64,000 bases of DNA from Euglena gracilis (lineage: Eukaryota): positions 47,099,847 to 47,163,846 of the forward strand of contig CP154954.1 in assembly GCA_039621445.1 (NCBI GenBank), given 5' to 3'. Of this stretch, positions 59,440-64,000 are shown in pieces. Under the pieces are notes generated by a model that searched no databases, had not been told where the DNA came from, and saw only the letters and a program-made list of their open reading frames with translations. The translations under genes and the position numbers were made by a program. Each line of letters opens with the position of its first letter. Positions within the stretch are counted from its first letter, which is position 1.

Positions 59440-62400
59440 TCAATTATTTGGCCCACTGCCCCCCGGATATTCCAGGAAGCTCTTTTTCGGACTCCGGTGA
59501 AGAATGATCCAGGAGGAAGGGACAGCGAAGGCGGAGCACAAGACAACAGTGAGGTCCTGCTCTGCTTTCCGGCTGTTGTTTGTGTTTTTTGGTGTTGGTT
59601 GTGGTGTTTCTTACTGCGATGAGATGTCGGAGTAGGCGGACTCGGAGACGGTGTCGGACTTGTCGGTGGCTCGCGGCGGTGGGTTGCTGGCCTGTCTGTG
59701 GGTGAACTGAAATTTCTTGGGGGGGGGGCTTTACCGACTGTTTTGTTCTTTTCCGGGTCGGAGGGGGGGCGGGCTCACTGTTGTCTTGTGCTCCGCCTTC
59801 GCTGTTCCTTCCTCCTGGATCATTCTTCACCGGAGTCCGAGACAGCTTCGGCTCCGCACAAGACCCCAGTGAGGTTTTGTGCACCATTTTTTTGGACAGC
59901 AACCCCCGCCTTTTTACCCGCTTCCAACCGCAAATAATGGGAAGAAAAGGCCTGCACATTTTCCATTTTCCAATCTGGCATACCTCCTCAGAGGACAAAC
60001 CTGCCAGTTTATACATGTACACTCCTGCCCCCCTGGTGGAGTGGGGGGCTCACTGGGGGGGTACCCATGTTTATCCAACAATCGTTTCGTCAAACTCCCA
60101 ATGGTTTTGGCCGGCAGAGGGGTAAAAGGGGGTTTTTAGACTTAACAACAGAGGTCACCCTGGGGGGGCACAGTGTGATGTCAAACTGACATATTTTTTC
60201 ATGTTGAACCAGGGGAAAATATTGGGACATGAAGGAATTTGAGGAATGTCCTCCCACTGAGTCTGTCTCCAACACTTCCTTTGGACAAGAACAAAAACCT
60301 TGCCATCAACCTGGGACACTGTCCTGAAGGTTCTGCTCAAGTCCACTGAACGATGCAAGCAGATGAGTCTGAAACTTAAAATGACTTGGTCTCTCAGATC
60401 ACTGAGGCACTCTGGGGGAGGTGCTGCTGCCAATTTCTGAAGTAATGCCTCAGGATTCCAAAAGGAAAAATACCTGGATGTGTTCCATTTTCTTTTGTAG
60501 GGGGCCAACAGTGGTAAAAACCTTAACATGTGAAACCCAGGAAGCTGTACCACATCACTATAAGCATTCCTGTCCTGAGCCACACTGAAGGTTAAAATTT
60601 TAATGATTCCAGAAGCGACTAATTCTGGGCTCATGGTGTCGAGGTCCATCTGGGACATGGCCAAAACTCCCCACAGGAGTCTGAAGGCAGAATCATATCT
60701 TGCCAGATTCCGACTTAAGAAATTGTCAACCACTGGGGGGGGGTGTGTTGCTTCTGTAACAACTGCCTGAAAATAAAACGCAGGCTAGGTGCCATATTGG
60801 CTTTTTTATGGGCTGCCCGTGACAATTCTCGAACATGTGGTGGCAAGACAGAATTCTCAGGGTTGGTGTGTGTGGAATGCGAAGTTTTATTAACAGGGGC
60901 CACCACACAGCTGAAGCTCACAGGAGGCAAATCAGAAGGCATTTTAGATGTCTGTGTTCCTTTAATCTCAGGAGCCACTGGCACAGGACAGACCAGGGGG
61001 GTTTGCATACACCTCTGAGAACATGTCCAGAGGGCAGTTCAACATGTCTGTGGCCACTGCCTGAAAATGGGGCCGTCGACTCACAAACTGAGGAAGTTTG
61101 TGATTCCCTGGTGATGCAAACATGTCCACAGTTGGGTTTATGAATTGCTGAAATTTCTGCATGAGTTTTTTGGAAATGAAAGGGTTTAAACTGTAATCCC
61201 CTGGGTCGAAGTTGCATGTGCTGATGGCATCGCTTTTCATGCTTTGGGAGGGGGCCCAGTGAACTTGGAGGGTGATGCCCATTTCCATACACCACTTGAG
61301 AAAAGGTCTGATGAGTTTGTTCAGGTGGGGTTGCCTGCCCCCCCCTTTGAGAAGATAGTAGTAGGAAAGTTTGTTGTCCACTGTTAGGGACACTGTGTCC
61401 TTTTTCCTGGCCAAAGACCTTACAGTTGAGATGGCTGCGATCAATTCTTTTACATTGATATGTAAATGAGAGTATTTTCGCCAAAATTCTTGTATTTGAG
61501 TGCCAGCTTGTAGGTCCAGGCCTCCCCAACCAAAGGTTGAACTGCCTGACTCCAGGTGTCTGGTGGCTAGGCTTGGGAAGGGTCTCCCCCCCCCCAGGTC
61601 TGCAGAATTTCCCTGACATCTTGCAGTTGAGATTTGACCTCCTCTGGGATTGGAACCTGATGATCCCAGGCAAATTTTTCTTGTAGGTTGACAAATCCTA
61701 CCAAAGTGTCTGTGAACGCTCTGAGGAAGGGCAGCCCCACCAAGAAGCTTCTTATGCATCCCAAAATTGAGGCCATTTTCCTGCAACTGAGGGACTGGTG
61801 TGTGACTAATTTTCCCAATTCCCTCCGAACGATTTTCAGTTTTTCTGTCCCCAACTGCAATTTTCCCGGTGCCGATTGAGGTGGAATCCCAGATGTGGGA
61901 GATTTTGGGTGGGTTGAAGGATTGATTTTTTGCTGCTGATTTTGAAACCCCCCTGCAGTAAATCTGCTAGCATGATGGCCAGGTGGTTGCTGACTTGCTT
62001 CTGACTGTCTCCCATCAGGATGATGTCGTCCAGGTATACAAAGCATAAAGGCCTTTGGCCCTCCAACGTTTTTCCAGGCATTTCATTAGACTCATGAATT
62101 TTTCTGGCATCACATTTAAACCAAAACAAACTGCCTGGAATTCCCAGCATGTGTCTTCCAGAGTCATCCTCATGTAGGGTCTTAGGGCTGGGTTCAACAT
62201 TAAATGAAAGTAGGCGTCCTTTAAGTCTACTTTCGCACCCCATTGTCCTTTTTTCAGGAGCCTGAAGATGACCTGGATGTTGTCCAGTTTGAAGGGGTGG
62301 GGGAAAAAATGCTGGTTCAGCTGGCGACAGTCGCTGATTAAACGATGTTTCTCCCCCTGAGGTTCTTTTTTGGAGATTAAAAACCAAGGGATGGTGTGTT

Positions 62401-63840
62401 GGGTACCTTCCCAAGGGACTGGTTTTATGGCTCCTGCCTGAAAATAGTCTTGTATAATACTTTTTGCCTTTTGTATTTCCACCTTTGACTTTGGTATGGA
62501 ACATGTGCTGAGGGAGAGGGGTCACTCCCAAGGGGGGGTTACCCCCTGTGCGATGAGTTGCAACACCCTGGGGGGGCAACCTTTTGCCACCATGGCAGCT
62601 GGTCCTGAAGCCTCTTAAACAGAGGCACTCCCAGAAAGTGCTCCTCTGTCAGCAGCAGCACCTCGGTGATCTGTTCCAGAGATCTCAAGCTTGCAGCTTC
62701 CCACAGCGTGCAGATGTCTTGGCTTCTGCCCCTCAGGCTGGTTGACTTTGTGGCACAATGCCCAGCTCTGGGGGACACAATGTCCTTTTGGGACTTGATG
62801 AGTTCTGACTGAAAAGGAAGGAGCAATACTTCCTGGCAAGGTGTTGGGCAAACCATTTTCCTCCTTTGGACTTGCCTTTCCCTTTGGGGCCAGACCGCCA
62901 TGGTCTCGGTTGCCAATTTGTTTGCCATTGCTTGAACTTCCACACTTTTCCACCTGTGGGGGTGGGTATATGCCACATGGGGAACTCACCCATGAAGGGG
63001 GATTTGATACCCTCTTTGTTGATGCCAGCTTGGGCTTTGGCCATTTTGATGTCTTCAGGGGTGAACAGGCCATTCCCTGGCTGTATGGTCTGAGGGATGC
63101 TCCTCCTCTTCCTCTCCTTGACAATGTGCCCTTCACAGGCAGCCACATATGCGAATAATTGTTGGCTCAAACCCAATATGTCTTCAGGGGCTCCTTGTAA
63201 GGTGCAGTGCAGCGCTGCCAAGATACGCAGTATGTTCAAGAACTTCTGCTGGACTGCACGCATGGTGCGGTCATACCCACTCTTACCGTCTTGACGGTGG
63301 TTGTTTTCCTCCGCTTTGGGCTTCAGGGTCTTCCAGGTGGGTATCTGTTCCAGCAAACTTCGTACTTCCAACCGTAAGTCCCCAGACTGTACCTGTGTGC
63401 ATATCCCCTCCAGGTCCCCCGGCAGTGCCTCCTCGGCCGTCTGCAAGGGGAAGTCCTGGGCTTCCTCCGCCGCGCGCGCTGCCTCCTCGTCGCGATCCAT
63501 CTCCGCCGCCACCGTCGTCGCCCACTTCTCGTACAGCTTGAATTCTGAGCTCCAATGACGGTATCGAGACGTTCTTCGTGAGTGAGACGCTGTAAAGGTA
63601 CCGCAAGATATGGTTGTAGGTTACACTCCACCATAGCCACTCCAGTGAGCTTCCGTGCGGCAAGGGCACATCGGGCTGTATCCAACCCTGCTCCAGTCCA
63701 CTTCTTACCTGAGCCAAATCGTGGCCATCACGGCGGTAGCGTCGGCATCTGGCAAGAAGGCTGTTGTCAGCGATTCTTGTAAGAAAATGTTGCTCCACGC
63801 CGCTTCGAAAGCCTCTTTGTCGGTCTCGTCTTGCAGGTGC
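59440..63840 (-). mobile_element. DIRS-type retrotransposon, best-preserved copy (C): gag, RT, RNase H, methyltransferase-like domain, tyrosine recombinase
   Basis: ORFs 62733-63512 (gag-like), 62015-62482 (AKVDLKDAYFHL, FGLN), YLDDIILMG near 62030, 60968-61786 (GWGG, HINVKEL, VDMFASPGN, YANPP), 60155-60733 (YR, LHRSVDL); 3' inverted repeat 59491-59553 / 59774-59837; frameshifted. Confidence 0.9.
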
Positions 63841-63841
63841 G

Positions 63842-64000
63842 AAAGACACCTCGGGCTCCGCACTTTGCCCTTGTGAGGCCATGCCTTGCTCGCCGGCGGT
63901 TTGTTGTGTGATTGTTCGCTGCGCTGGGTTAGGAGGTCCTGCTTAGTGCCTTTTTTCGCCGGAGTTGGCTGATTCCTAAATTGCCCTTCGACACCCCAGA
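63842..64000 (+). mobile_element. Left terminal repeat of a further copy-A-like DIRS element running out of the window
   Basis: Closely similar, same orientation, to 47860-48010. Confidence 0.75.

Noticed and set aside
1-64000. Autonomous hAT transposase
   Set aside because: I recognised no transposase ORF in the window; the hAT assignment rests on TIR and TSD features only.

Overview
Eukaryotic nuclear DNA, most likely euglenid (inferred from intron types, GTGYG donors and TTAGGG repeats). Bases 1003-31147 (+) hold 23 exons (2510 nt, one continuous frame) of coatomer subunit beta (COPB1/Sec26); about 115 C-terminal residues were not found in the window. Sixteen of its 22 internal introns are GT-AG. 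Six are euglenid-type nonconventional introns with no GT-AG and base-paired ends at +4..+6 / -8..-6. A second, low-complexity S/R/P-rich multi-exon gene or pseudogene (about 31.8-46.8 kb, +) has at least two more. The introns are packed with nested MITE-like elements, and several have CAGG...CCTG terminal inverted repeats (TIRs) with perfect 8-bp target-site duplications (TSDs), the hAT signature. Main observation: the nonconventional introns have the same build. They consist of the TIR-bounded element plus 3 nt on the left and 5 nt on the right, which equals one 8-bp TSD, and three of them still show the duplication. This points to hAT-like MITEs being removed from the mRNA without a scar. 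From 47.2 to 64 kb lies a cluster of decayed DIRS-type tyrosine-recombinase retrotransposons with an adenine-methyltransferase-like domain, an interstitial (TTAGGG)n tract and a duplicated tRNA-like cassette. All splice junctions are predicted by eye from protein similarity and phase; none is confirmed by cDNA.
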